64,000 nucleotides of DNA from a virus. Taxonomy: Duplodnaviria > Caudoviricetes. The stretch is taken from positions 96,001-160,000 of the IMG/VR virus record IMGVR_UViG_3300023283_000076; one strand, written 5' to 3'. The translations under genes and the position numbers were made by a program. The notes below the pieces were generated by a model, which worked only from the letters and a program-made list of their open reading frames with translations, ran no database searches and was not told the DNA's origin. Shown here in pieces: positions 1-8,347 of the stretch (the first letter of the stretch is position 1; every line of letters begins with the position of its first letter).

Positions 1-22
1 TTCACTAATCGGAGAAACTTAC

Positions 23-301
23 ATGTCTGTCGAAATTGTTAACGAACGTTTCATGGTTTGTGTTGATTGCGCTATGTTTATTGCCAACGATGATCTTAGT
101 GGGCTCGATTACCATTTTCTCTCCGATGAATCTGAACAGCGTGAAATCGCTATCCGCAACGGTGTTCAATATCAAAACGATCAAGATAATCATATTGTTA
201 TGGGAAACTCTGATGATGATATTGAATTTTCCAAAAGCCCTTGCAATTGTTGTGGCGATCATTTACATGGATATCGTTATCATGCAGTTTTACTTAAATA
301 A
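23..301 (+). CDS. Early hypothetical protein, Cys-rich (possible Zn-binding)
   Basis: ORF with GGAG RBS; CVDC and PCNCC motifs. Confidence 0.75.
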   Translation: MSVEIVNERFMVCVDCAMFIANDDLSGLDYHFLSDESEQREIAIRNGVQYQNDQDNHIVMGNSDDDIEFSKSPCNCCGDHLHGYRYHAVLLK

Positions 302-318
302 GAAACATTCCTACATAT

Positions 319-456
319 AAATGAAAATCATTTTCATTTGGCAATGAGAATCATTTTCAATATCAAAAATGATAGCCATTCTCATTTGACAATAAAAACC
401 ATTCTCATTTGACAATAAAAACCATTCTCATTTGACAATAAAAACCATTCTCATTT
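319..456. repeat. Six tandem 21-bp Fur-box-like elements at about 23-bp period
   Basis: Boxes at 319, 342, 367, 390, 413, 436; first is a perfect 10-1-10 palindrome AAATGAAAAT-C-ATTTTCATTT; last three are identical CAATAAAAACCATTCTCATTT. Confidence 0.8.
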
Positions 457-648
457 GACCTTATCTCGATTCAACCCTAGATGGTATCATATAACACCTG
501 TAAATACAAAGATTTTTTTTTATCCTATTTTGGTACCTTTATCATATGCTGATACCTTTGTCAATACCCTAAAGAAAATATAATCAAAATCTATCAATCC
601 ATCAGAGTTCATGCACAAATCGGATTTACAATTATTTTCAAAAATCGG

Positions 649-677
649 TTGACGGATTGAGCATGTTGCTGTATGAT
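649..677 (+). promoter_or_regulatory. Sigma70 early promoter
   Basis: TTGACG-N17-TATGAT, followed by leader ACATTCACTGATA and an RBS. Confidence 0.85.
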
Positions 678-710
678 CGGACTCACATTCACTGATAAAG
701 GTAAATTGTT

Positions 711-1019
711 ATGCTAAAGATTGAACAGGAAATGATTAACGCCATTCAAAACAAGCGCAATTGGAGGTTCGGTAATACTTCGGTCGAATACTTGCCCGAG
801 ATTGTTACACCTATGCGGGCACGTATTGAAATGGCAAAAGTTTATCTTTACAGTAACTGTATTGCCACTTATTCTTATCATGATAATACAGCTACTATCG
901 TTCCCAGCACGCTTGTAGAATGGCCTACTGTTACAACCTTTTCTCGCCTTCGTGCTCTTGGACTTGATCCTAAATCGGAACTTAAGAGAATTGCAAATAA
1001 CATACAAGATGCAGCATGA
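711..1019 (+). CDS. Early hypothetical protein
   Basis: ORF behind promoter and AAGG RBS. Confidence 0.75.
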   Translation: MLKIEQEMINAIQNKRNWRFGNTSVEYLPEIVTPMRARIEMAKVYLYSNCIATYSYHDNTATIVPSTLVEWPTVTTFSRLRALGLDPKSELKRIANNIQDAA

Positions 1020-1174
1020 AAAACAATTACCGCAAGTTAACCAAGAAACAATGGTATGACCTTGGCGGCTTCGCCAATCCATCATTGTTTCGTCGTGACC
1101 GTAGCAGGGGCTGGCAATACTATCAAGATATGGACCACCCTGCAAGTAATCATAACTATAGTGAATAAAGAATC

Positions 1175-1197
1175 GGGGCTTCGGCCCCCTTTCTTTT
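1175..1197 (+). terminator. Rho-independent terminator
   Basis: GGGGC-TTCG-GCCCC followed by T-rich tail. Confidence 0.85.
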
Positions 1198-1274
1198 ATC
1201 CTATTCTAGAACCTTTACCATACAATCAAAACAGTGTCAACCGATAAACGAAATAATTTATTTTTAAATAAGTA

Positions 1275-1302
1275 TTGACTCCTCCAAAAATACCAGTATA
1301 AT
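1275..1302 (+). promoter_or_regulatory. Sigma70 early promoter
   Basis: TTGACT-N16-TATAAT. Confidence 0.8.
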
Positions 1303-1333
1303 TGTTTACATCATTTCAACAAGGGAAATAGCT

Positions 1334-1636
1334 ATGGAAAATGTAAAGTTTGCTGGCTTTGATTGTACCGTTGAATTTGCCACGTACTCGAATGGACGTA
1401 CCGCTATTCAGCTTCGTGATGCAAACGATGGCCAGCCAATTGCCACCGCAACAGTCAACCTTCCCGATGAACCGATGGCTGAGGATGAGGTTGCTATCAA
1501 GAACTATAGCGAAAACTCTGGCATGTTAGATATTTTAATAGACACTGGAGTGATTGCCAGCCCGCATCGTGAAATCCCTAGCGGCTTCGTCACCATACCA
1601 GTCTGCGCCCTTCTGGTCAATCCAAATCAATCCTAG
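1334..1636 (+). CDS. Early conserved phage hypothetical protein
   Basis: ORF with own promoter and terminator; NGRTAIQL...ATATVNL...IKNYSEN pattern. Confidence 0.8.
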   Translation: MENVKFAGFDCTVEFATYSNGRTAIQLRDANDGQPIATATVNLPDEPMAEDEVAIKNYSENSGMLDILIDTGVIASPHREIPSGFVTIPVCALLVNPNQS

Positions 1637-1723
1637 TCAGTGAATGGTCTAGGTGGGCACGGGAAACCGTGCCCTTTTTTATCCTATTCTAAAACCTTTA
1701 TCATATCTTCATTCTAATGTCAA
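1629..1723 (+). repeat. 95-bp direct repeat, copy 1 (copy 2 at 2064-2158)
   Basis: 93/95 identical; contains terminator GGGCACGG-GAAA-CCGTGCCC-T6 and the intergenic module. Confidence 0.95.
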
Positions 1724-1746
1724 GAAAAATAATTTAAAATTTATTC

Positions 1747-1774
1747 TTGACACTCTCAAAAATATCTGTATAAT
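1747..1774 (+). promoter_or_regulatory. Sigma70 early promoter
   Basis: TTGACA-N16-TATAAT plus ACATTCACTGATA leader. Confidence 0.85.
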
Positions 1775-1806
1775 AGAATGTACATTCACTGATAGGAATA
1801 ACATAC

Positions 1807-2043
1807 ATGAACACTCTCAAGAACATTTCATTAGATCGAGATACTATTTTAATGGAACACGGATATGATCCGAATGATCCTACCTTGCAGGTGCATGTTA
1901 GTGTATCTGAAATTGAACCTAACCCTGATGGCAATGAAGATTATCTCATCGATGGTTCTAGTGTCACTACATCATCAGAACTTATCGACGGCCGTCAAAA
2001 TGATGTTGATCTGAATATCGAAATTTTCCGAGAACCGCATTAA
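1807..2043 (+). CDS. Early acidic hypothetical protein
   Basis: ORF flanked by the 95-bp direct repeats; AGGA RBS. Confidence 0.75.
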   Translation: MNTLKNISLDRDTILMEHGYDPNDPTLQVHVSVSEIEPNPDGNEDYLIDGSSVTTSSELIDGRQNDVDLNIEIFREPH

Positions 2044-2063
2044 GTATCGGCTCCAATCAGTTT

Positions 2064-2158
2064 AATCCTAGTCAATAAATGGTCTAGGTGGGCACGGGAA
2101 ACCGTGCCCTTTTTTATCCTATTCTAAAACCTTTATCATATCTTCATTCTAATGTCAA
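2064..2158 (+). repeat. 95-bp direct repeat, copy 2
   Basis: Near-identical to 1629-1723. Confidence 0.95.
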
Positions 2159-2202
2159 CCCTTCAACCCAAAAAATTTCTTACAAATAATTATTAAAAAC
2201 CC

Positions 2203-2230
2203 TTGCACTTTCCCGAAAAATCTTTATAAT
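2203..2230 (+). promoter_or_regulatory. Sigma70 early promoter
   Basis: TTGCAC-N16-TATAAT. Confidence 0.75.
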
Positions 2231-2264
2231 AGATTCTAACATCAACTGAAAAAGGATAGTAGGT

Positions 2265-2999
2265 ATGCCAAGTCAAGAAATCGTCGAAATTTTCCGCAAT
2301 CATGGCGTGAACATCACCGCTGATGATTCCAGTATGAAACTGGTCAAAGCGTTGAAAGAAGAAAATCCCGCAACACTATGGCCCATGCTTGAAGAGTTTA
2401 CTAACAACAAGCCTATCGGCCTCGATGGCTGTAACGAAACAATGCATCACTATACATTGCAATATGCCCTCGTAAGAGCATTTGAACAAAATCGTGATAG
2501 CATCACTCAAGACGATTTAGATGCTGCTCGTGAAGATGCTGCCAAATTAGCAGAATCCCTTTCTCATGGTTCGTCTACTCGTGATGATGAAATCGTTCAA
2601 AATGATTCCGAAAATGAAGATAATCAGAGTAACGTTGCTAAGCCTAAGAAAACCAGAAAACGAAATCGTAATCTGTATCCCATGATCCTTTCGTTAGTCG
2701 AAGATAATATGAAAGCAACGCCTAACGAAATTCTCGAAATGGTCAAAGAACGTGATCCCGCTGCAAACGATTCAACCGTCAAGGTATACTACAGCAAGGC
2801 ACGTAATGAACTCAACTTGCCGAAAATCGGAAAACGTGGCCGCAAGGGTTCAGGTATCTATGATAAGATCAAAGCATTGATTGAAGCTAACCCGAACGTT
2901 GAACGTGCTGAAATGATCGAACGCATCGTTAACGAACTTGGAGCCAAAGTCGGTACCGCTCAAGCCTACTACAGCAAGGCAATGAAAGAATTGAGCTAA
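2265..2999 (+). CDS. Early protein with two C-terminal helical (HTH-like) repeats
   Basis: Repeats ending STVKVYYSKARNEL and GTAQAYYSKAMKEL, each preceded by a basic linker. Confidence 0.7.
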   Translation: MPSQEIVEIFRNHGVNITADDSSMKLVKALKEENPATLWPMLEEFTNNKPIGLDGCNETMHHYTLQYALVRAFEQNRDSITQDDLDAAREDAAKLAESLSHGSSTRDDEIVQNDSENEDNQSNVAKPKKTRKRNRNLYPMILSLVEDNMKATPNEILEMVKERDPAANDSTVKVYYSKARNELNLPKIGKRGRKGSGIYDKIKALIEANPNVERAEMIERIVNELGAKVGTAQAYYSKAMKELS

Positions 3000-3021
3000 C
3001 CCCTAGCTTAACATCAAAAAC

Positions 3022-3052
3022 TATTCAGGGACCATAGAACGGTCCCTGAATA
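3022..3052 (+). terminator. Hairpin terminator
   Basis: TATTCAGGGACC-N7-GGTCCCTGAATA. Confidence 0.7.
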
Positions 3053-3184
3053 TTATCCTATCCTAATGCCTTTAACTCATCATCATCATCCATTTGTCAA
3101 TACCCTAAGCAAAATATAATCAAAACATATCAATCTATCCAAATCTATAGACAAATCGGATTTACAATTATTTTCAGAAATCGG

Positions 3185-3213
3185 TTGACGAATTGACCAT
3201 GTTGCTGTATGAT
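3185..3213 (+). promoter_or_regulatory. Sigma70 early promoter
   Basis: TTGACG-N17-TATGAT; surrounding ~140 bp homologous to 559-705. Confidence 0.85.
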
Positions 3214-3245
3214 CGTACTTACATTCACTGATAGGAGAAACACAA

Positions 3246-3515
3246 ATGGAAGATATTCTCAGGGAAGAGCGATTCAACAAAATTATGGAAGCAGGAAACA
3301 ATGGCCATTTCTTTTCTGTTCGCTTCATCAAGCGGTCTAACGGTGCCGAACGCTTCATGACCTGTCGCCTCGGAGTTACAAAACATCTCAAGGGTGGTAA
3401 CAAAGCATACGACGACAAAGTTCACAAACTTGTCACCGTCTACGATGTTCAAGCCAAAGGATACCGTTGCATTCCACTGGAAAGCATCTTTGAACTCAAC
3501 GGCGAACCTATCTGA
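3246..3515 (+). CDS. Early small beta-rich (SH3-like) phage protein
   Basis: FFSVRFIKRSNG...VYDVQAKGYRCI pattern; GGAG RBS. Confidence 0.7.
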   Translation: MEDILREERFNKIMEAGNNGHFFSVRFIKRSNGAERFMTCRLGVTKHLKGGNKAYDDKVHKLVTVYDVQAKGYRCIPLESIFELNGEPI

Positions 3516-3692
3516 TAGGTTCAATCGTATCATCAAGAGGATGCGACTTGTTCGCATCCTTTTTTATCCTATCCTAATGCCTTTAACTCATCATCATTTA
3601 TTTGTCAATACCCTAAAGAAAATATAATCAAAACCTATCAATCAATAAGAATCTATAGACAAATCGGATTTACAATTATTTTCAGATATCAG

Positions 3693-3720
3693 TTGACAAT
3701 CCTGAAAATATCTGTATAAT
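3693..3720 (+). promoter_or_regulatory. Sigma70 early promoter
   Basis: TTGACA-N16-TATAAT plus ACATTCACTGATA leader. Confidence 0.85.
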
Positions 3721-3752
3721 CCTTAATTACATTCACTGATAAGGGTAACACG

Positions 3753-4640
3753 ATGAACGGAAATCAAAAGATTCACAAGATTGTAGCGCAAGCTTTCATC
3801 GACCAGATCGAAGCAGGTATGGCGGATGGTAAATGGACCGCTCCATGGGCGAAGCTTGCCACAGACTTTCCGACCAATGCCGTGACAAAGAAGGCATACC
3901 GTGGTATCAATATCTTTTCATTGTGGGGCGCTGGATTCTCATCCCCGTACTGGGCTACCTTTAAGCAATGGAAGTCAGTCGATGCCACGATCAAGAAAGG
4001 ATCAAAAGGATCATTGATCGTTTTCTGGAAAATTATCGATTCCAAGAATCAATTCGATAGTGACGGCAAGCCAAAAAAGTTTCCCTTCCTACAGAAATCG
4101 AAAGTTTTCAATGCCGATCAAGTTGATGGCTGGACCGCTCCAACACTGGAAGATCGTCCTAAGCTTTCGACAAATGAAATCCATGCCGAATGCGATGCAA
4201 TGATCGCAGCGACGGGTGCTGAAATCCAGCATGGCGGAAATATGGCCTGTTATGTTCCAAGTCATGACCGTATACTTCTTCCTGAATTCAACGCCTTTCG
4301 GGATGCCGATTCATACTATCAGACCGCATTCCATGAACTGGCACATTGGACAGGTCATGCTTCACGACTGGACCGCAACCTTTCCACCCGCTTCGGAAGC
4401 AATGCATATGCATTGGAAGAACTGTTAGCAGAACTTACAGCAGCCATTGTGGGCGTCCGTATGGGCATCGATGCTACTACCCGCATGGACCATGCAAAGT
4501 ATGTAAAGAGTTGGCTTACGGCGCTTCGTGAACAGCCAGAGTGCCTCATGCATATCGCCAGCAAGGCGAGCAAGGTAGCGGATTACCTGATCGAGGGCGA
4601 AGCAGGTGAAACCAAACAAGATCAAGCGGAAGCCGCTTGA
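3753..4640 (+). CDS. ardC: ArdC-family antirestriction / ssDNA-binding protein with zincin-like domain
   Basis: PW...PTNAVT...YRGIN...WATFKQW...VFNADQ N-terminal domain; FHELAHWTGH...RL.R...YALEELLAEL zincin motif. Confidence 0.92.
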   Translation: MNGNQKIHKIVAQAFIDQIEAGMADGKWTAPWAKLATDFPTNAVTKKAYRGINIFSLWGAGFSSPYWATFKQWKSVDATIKKGSKGSLIVFWKIIDSKNQFDSDGKPKKFPFLQKSKVFNADQVDGWTAPTLEDRPKLSTNEIHAECDAMIAATGAEIQHGGNMACYVPSHDRILLPEFNAFRDADSYYQTAFHELAHWTGHASRLDRNLSTRFGSNAYALEELLAELTAAIVGVRMGIDATTRMDHAKYVKSWLTALREQPECLMHIASKASKVADYLIEGEAGETKQDQAEAA

Positions 4641-4660
4641 TCTATCATTGATAGACTAGA

Positions 4661-4692
4661 CGAGGATGCGAATCATTCGCATCCTCTTTTTT
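4661..4692 (+). terminator. Rho-independent terminator
   Basis: GAGGATGCGAA-TCA-TTCGCATCCTC plus T run; related hairpin at about 3538-3565. Confidence 0.85.
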
Positions 4693-5358
4693 ATCCTACT
4701 CTAGAGCCTTTACCATATAACATATCGCTTGTCAATACCCTAATCCAAAAAACTGAAAACAAGTTTGGGAAATTTTGATTACCATATTTTTGAGATCTTG
4801 TCAAGGGGGTACGGGCTGTGCTAAGCAATTGAACAAAAATTAACCACTTTTTTATATAGAAAGTTTTTGAGAATTTTTGATTAGTTCTACAGGGGAATAT
4901 TAGACCCTTTTTTATTTTTTGCTATCATTTTTTATCATTTGCTATTATTTTTCACGATTTATAATAATTTGTGATTGTTTTTCATAAGTTGTGACTGTTT
5001 TTCATGAATATTGATAAACACAATTTGATTGTATAAACACAATACAATACTTTGGCATTGATTCTGCTAAACAGAATACAAGTTTCGGTTTTGTATATAT
5101 GGAAGAGGGGGGTCTTTTATATAAGGGTTTATATTATTGAAAAAATTTTCTCAGAATTTTTTTTATTACTCAGAGATTTTATATTCTGTTAGAGTTTATA
5201 AACTTTAATAAAATATTGTTTTTTAAAAAAGTATGATTTAAAACATCCGATGAATTGAAAGTTAAGTGAAATCTATGATAATGACCACAAGAATCAAGAA
5301 CTGATTCAAATGAACTAAATATTTGAAAGATCATTTCAATAGTCGTTGGAATTAACAT

Positions 5359-5727
5359 TTATTTTTTCCAGACACATTTTTCGTTATACCACTTTGCTAC
5401 TACGGTAGTTACTATAATTTTTGAATTATTTTTTACTTTACAGATAAAGAAACATGGTCCATTATTCACTACAACGAATTTACCGTAGCGTGTAAAGTTT
5501 CTATTCAGCCAGAACGGTGATTGTTCCCATTTGTCACAAATTCTTCCTTCTTTAACTTTTTCTGCAATGATTGAATTCCACATATATTTGGAAGATACTT
5601 TACTACTGTAGAAATATAATCTAAAGCGTTCCAAGAATCTATTATGTGCGTGATGTGTAACACGAATATCTTTTATATTAGCGTTTCGCACACAGTTTTT
5701 AAGAGAGGTGGTGTTTATATGTGTCAT
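5359..5727 (-). CDS. Hypothetical protein
   Basis: ORF; VTHHAHNRFLERF motif. Confidence 0.65.
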   Translation of the reverse strand: MTHINTTSLKNCVRNANIKDIRVTHHAHNRFLERFRLYFYSSKVSSKYMWNSIIAEKVKEGRICDKWEQSPFWLNRNFTRYGKFVVVNNGPCFFICKVKNNSKIIVTTVVAKWYNEKCVWKK

Positions 5728-5881
5728 TGTTATTTTTCGTTATTTTAAAAATTATTAGTTATATAATTTACGATTGGTATTATACCAATTGTTGAAGGGA
5801 TTGTCAAGCTTAAATGTTATTGATTGTAATTTGGTACTTATTGTGATATACTTATTTTAGAAATTTGTTAGGAAAAGATTA

Positions 5882-6274
5882 ATGTATAAGATGGATAACA
5901 ATTTACCTATAATTGGAGATAATTTTTCGGATAATGATTTTGGTAGAATATGTAAAGAATTATATTTATTTTTAGATGAAGAAAGTCGTGCTGTAGCGGA
6001 TGATATCGGAACTGATATTGAAAAATTTAATGTATTTTTGGCACAAATTCATCATTCTTATGGTCGTTTTTTGAGGAATGAATTTCATTTATGGAATTCG
6101 GACAATCCGATTGTATTGTGGAGTAGGGAAAAATACGGAATTGATCATGCTGATGATATTTCCAGTATTATTATTGCTGGGATAATATTTAATAAAGATC
6201 ATGAATTCAGAGATTTGGTAATTGATACATTAGTTAAGCGGTTTCATAAGCATTGGAGGATGTATGGAAACTAA
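5882..6274 (+). CDS. Hypothetical protein
   Basis: ORF behind a promoter-like AT-rich region. Confidence 0.65.
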   Translation: MYKMDNNLPIIGDNFSDNDFGRICKELYLFLDEESRAVADDIGTDIEKFNVFLAQIHHSYGRFLRNEFHLWNSDNPIVLWSREKYGIDHADDISSIIIAGIIFNKDHEFRDLVIDTLVKRFHKHWRMYGN

Positions 6275-6428
6275 AGACTTGAAGACTATAGGCGCTCTTC
6301 AGAAGGCGGTTCAATTAGCTCGTATTGCTAGTGATTGGAATTTTGATGAAGTTGAGATAGACGAAGAGATGGTTAGTATTCATGAACTAATTGAAGAATT
6401 TGAAATGGTTATTAAAGAATTTGATTGA
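6264..6428 (+). CDS. Small acidic hypothetical protein (54 aa, not in ORF track)
   Basis: GGAGG RBS; METKDLKTIGALQKAVQLARIASDWNFDEVEIDEEMVSIHELIEEFEMVIKEFD. Confidence 0.6.
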   Translation: METKDLKTIGALQKAVQLARIASDWNFDEVEIDEEMVSIHELIEEFEMVIKEFD

Positions 6429-6495
6429 AAAGCGGTAGTGAAATCAAAATAGTTATTGGAATAAATAATATTGTCAGAGTGTTCCCGTAAGATAT

Positions 6496-7716
6496 ATGAA
6501 TATATTAAAGATATTAAAAGAGATTGATGGTTTCACTTATAATGAACTATTTAATATTTTAAATGAGAATTACAAGATTGCGTTAGACAAATTTTCATCT
6601 GAAGCAAATACTGATACTATCAAGGATTATTTTTCTAAGTTTAAGGAACTGGGGAAGAAAAATTTGATTAACAAGGACATATCTTATTGGATTCCCAAGG
6701 GTTGGGAAAAATTTAAAGCGGCGGTAGATGATGCAGAAGGATATGGTAAGTCTAGGACTGAGCATAAGCGTAGTAAAAATGCGGGTAAATCTATTACTAT
6801 ACATGAAGATAATAGATGGTTGATTGTTATTCCGTTAGATAAAGATGCAAGTTGTTTTCATGGTCGAAATACTGATTGGTGTACTGCCAAGCCCACTGAA
6901 TTGCATTTTATCAAATATTTTAATGAAAACAATATAATACTAATTTATTTCATAGAAAAATCTTCTAATGAAAAATACGCAATCTCATTTAATGAAGATA
7001 ATAATCAGGTAGAATTGTTTGATAAGAATGACAAGAGCATTAGTAGAGAAGATTTTAAATCAGGCACTGGACGGGATCCTTTAGATATTGTTAATTTGGT
7101 TGAGGATGAGTATTTAGAAAAAATAAAATCTTGGAAACAGAATCAGAAACAAGAGCAAAAAGAAGCTAAAGCGGATATTATTAAATACCGAGATGGTGAT
7201 TATTTTAAAAAGGATGCTCCCAAGAATAAAATTGAACACTATTTGAGAAATTCTCGTGATGTTGATAACTTGTCCGCTTATATACGAACTTTTGGTTCAG
7301 ATAATCCAGAAGAAGACATATTGATGATGGATTCTGGACTATCTACACAAATACTTGGTGATAAGGCACCTGAAAAGGTAAAAAGGGCGGCTATTAATTT
7401 ATCTCCCCTGAATATTATGTATTTGGATAATCCATCTGAAGAGCTTCAATTGATGGGTATAAAAAGTTTATCAGGTATTCGTTCTGTTTTTAGTGATCCC
7501 AAAAAAGAAATTTCTGATAAAGTGGCGTTGGCTGCGATAGATAGATTGCGAGGAGCGTATAATGGAGAATATCTCAAAGATATATTTACTCCTTATCGAA
7601 ATTATTCTGAGGATGTTCAGATTGCAGCAGCGAAGAAATATCCAGAAAAAGCATTAAAGTATATCATAAATCCTACGGATAAAGTTAAAAGGATGCTACA
7701 ACATAAAACACAATAA
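6496..7716 (+). CDS. Probable late/virion-associated protein
   Basis: ATAAATA upstream; N-terminus MNILKILKE; GRNTDWCTA motif. Confidence 0.7.
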   Translation: MNILKILKEIDGFTYNELFNILNENYKIALDKFSSEANTDTIKDYFSKFKELGKKNLINKDISYWIPKGWEKFKAAVDDAEGYGKSRTEHKRSKNAGKSITIHEDNRWLIVIPLDKDASCFHGRNTDWCTAKPTELHFIKYFNENNIILIYFIEKSSNEKYAISFNEDNNQVELFDKNDKSISREDFKSGTGRDPLDIVNLVEDEYLEKIKSWKQNQKQEQKEAKADIIKYRDGDYFKKDAPKNKIEHYLRNSRDVDNLSAYIRTFGSDNPEEDILMMDSGLSTQILGDKAPEKVKRAAINLSPLNIMYLDNPSEELQLMGIKSLSGIRSVFSDPKKEISDKVALAAIDRLRGAYNGEYLKDIFTPYRNYSEDVQIAAAKKYPEKALKYIINPTDKVKRMLQHKTQ

Positions 7717-7836
7717 AAATATTATCTTTTTAAACTAAATAAACATTTTTTAATACAGAAAAAGGTTGATAGGTAACAGATGTCCTGATTTATGGTATTG
7801 TGACGACTATAGCTTTTTTGATTGTCGACCACGATA

Positions 7837-7844
7837 TATAAATA
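7837..7844 (+). promoter_or_regulatory. T4-type late promoter
   Basis: TATAAATA 32 bp before the 7876 ORF. Confidence 0.75.
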
Positions 7845-7875
7845 AGTTTAACATATGTAAGGCATTTTATTAACG

Positions 7876-8334
7876 ATGAAAGTTGGTATTATATTAGAAA
7901 GAGTTAACGCTGAACTAGGCATATTAACCGAAATGCCTGAAAAGGATTTAAAGGTTGTTATAAATGCTCTTGAAAAAGAATTCAAGAAATATGGGTTACG
8001 TATACATTTAACAAAGCATTTTATTAATTATGCATTACATTCGGCTGCTGAAGAGCGTAAAACGGTATCTGCTGCTGATTTATATAGAACCATAATGGAA
8101 TTTTTGAATAAGCATGGCACAAGGTTTGATGAATTTAGAAAGAGCAGAAAAAACTTCAAGATTGCTATAACCAACAAGAGAACTAATTTGACGATAAACT
8201 TAGTTATTGATTATAATAAGCCGCCTAGGGATTCGAATGTTCCATATGATGCGGCGTTACAGTCTATTATAAAGAAAGATGATTATCGTGCAGATAACAA
8301 TCCGGTAGATTTTTGGTCTAAAGTAAATGTTTAA
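7876..8334 (+). CDS. Probable late/virion-associated protein
   Basis: Late promoter; first gene of a four-gene unit. Confidence 0.7.
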   Translation: MKVGIILERVNAELGILTEMPEKDLKVVINALEKEFKKYGLRIHLTKHFINYALHSAAEERKTVSAADLYRTIMEFLNKHGTRFDEFRKSRKNFKIAITNKRTNLTINLVIDYNKPPRDSNVPYDAALQSIIKKDDYRADNNPVDFWSKVNV

Positions 8335-8347
8335 GCGGGATTAATTA

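Larger units (their letters stand above)
521..4745. repeat. Seven copies of an intergenic module TATCCTA-N~8-CCTTTA-N~17-TGTCAA
   Basis: Copies start at 521, 1197, 1680, 2115, 3054, 3565, 4692; six follow a terminator hairpin directly. Confidence 0.9.

Noticed and set aside
367-456. CRISPR array
   Set aside because: Repeats are head-to-tail with only 2-nt gaps, so there are no spacers; no cas gene in the window.
513-3750. Frpo-type single-stranded DNA promoters
   Set aside because: Only the -35 hexamers and short flanks are complementary; the arms do not pair across the spacer in most modules. Kept only as a minor possibility.
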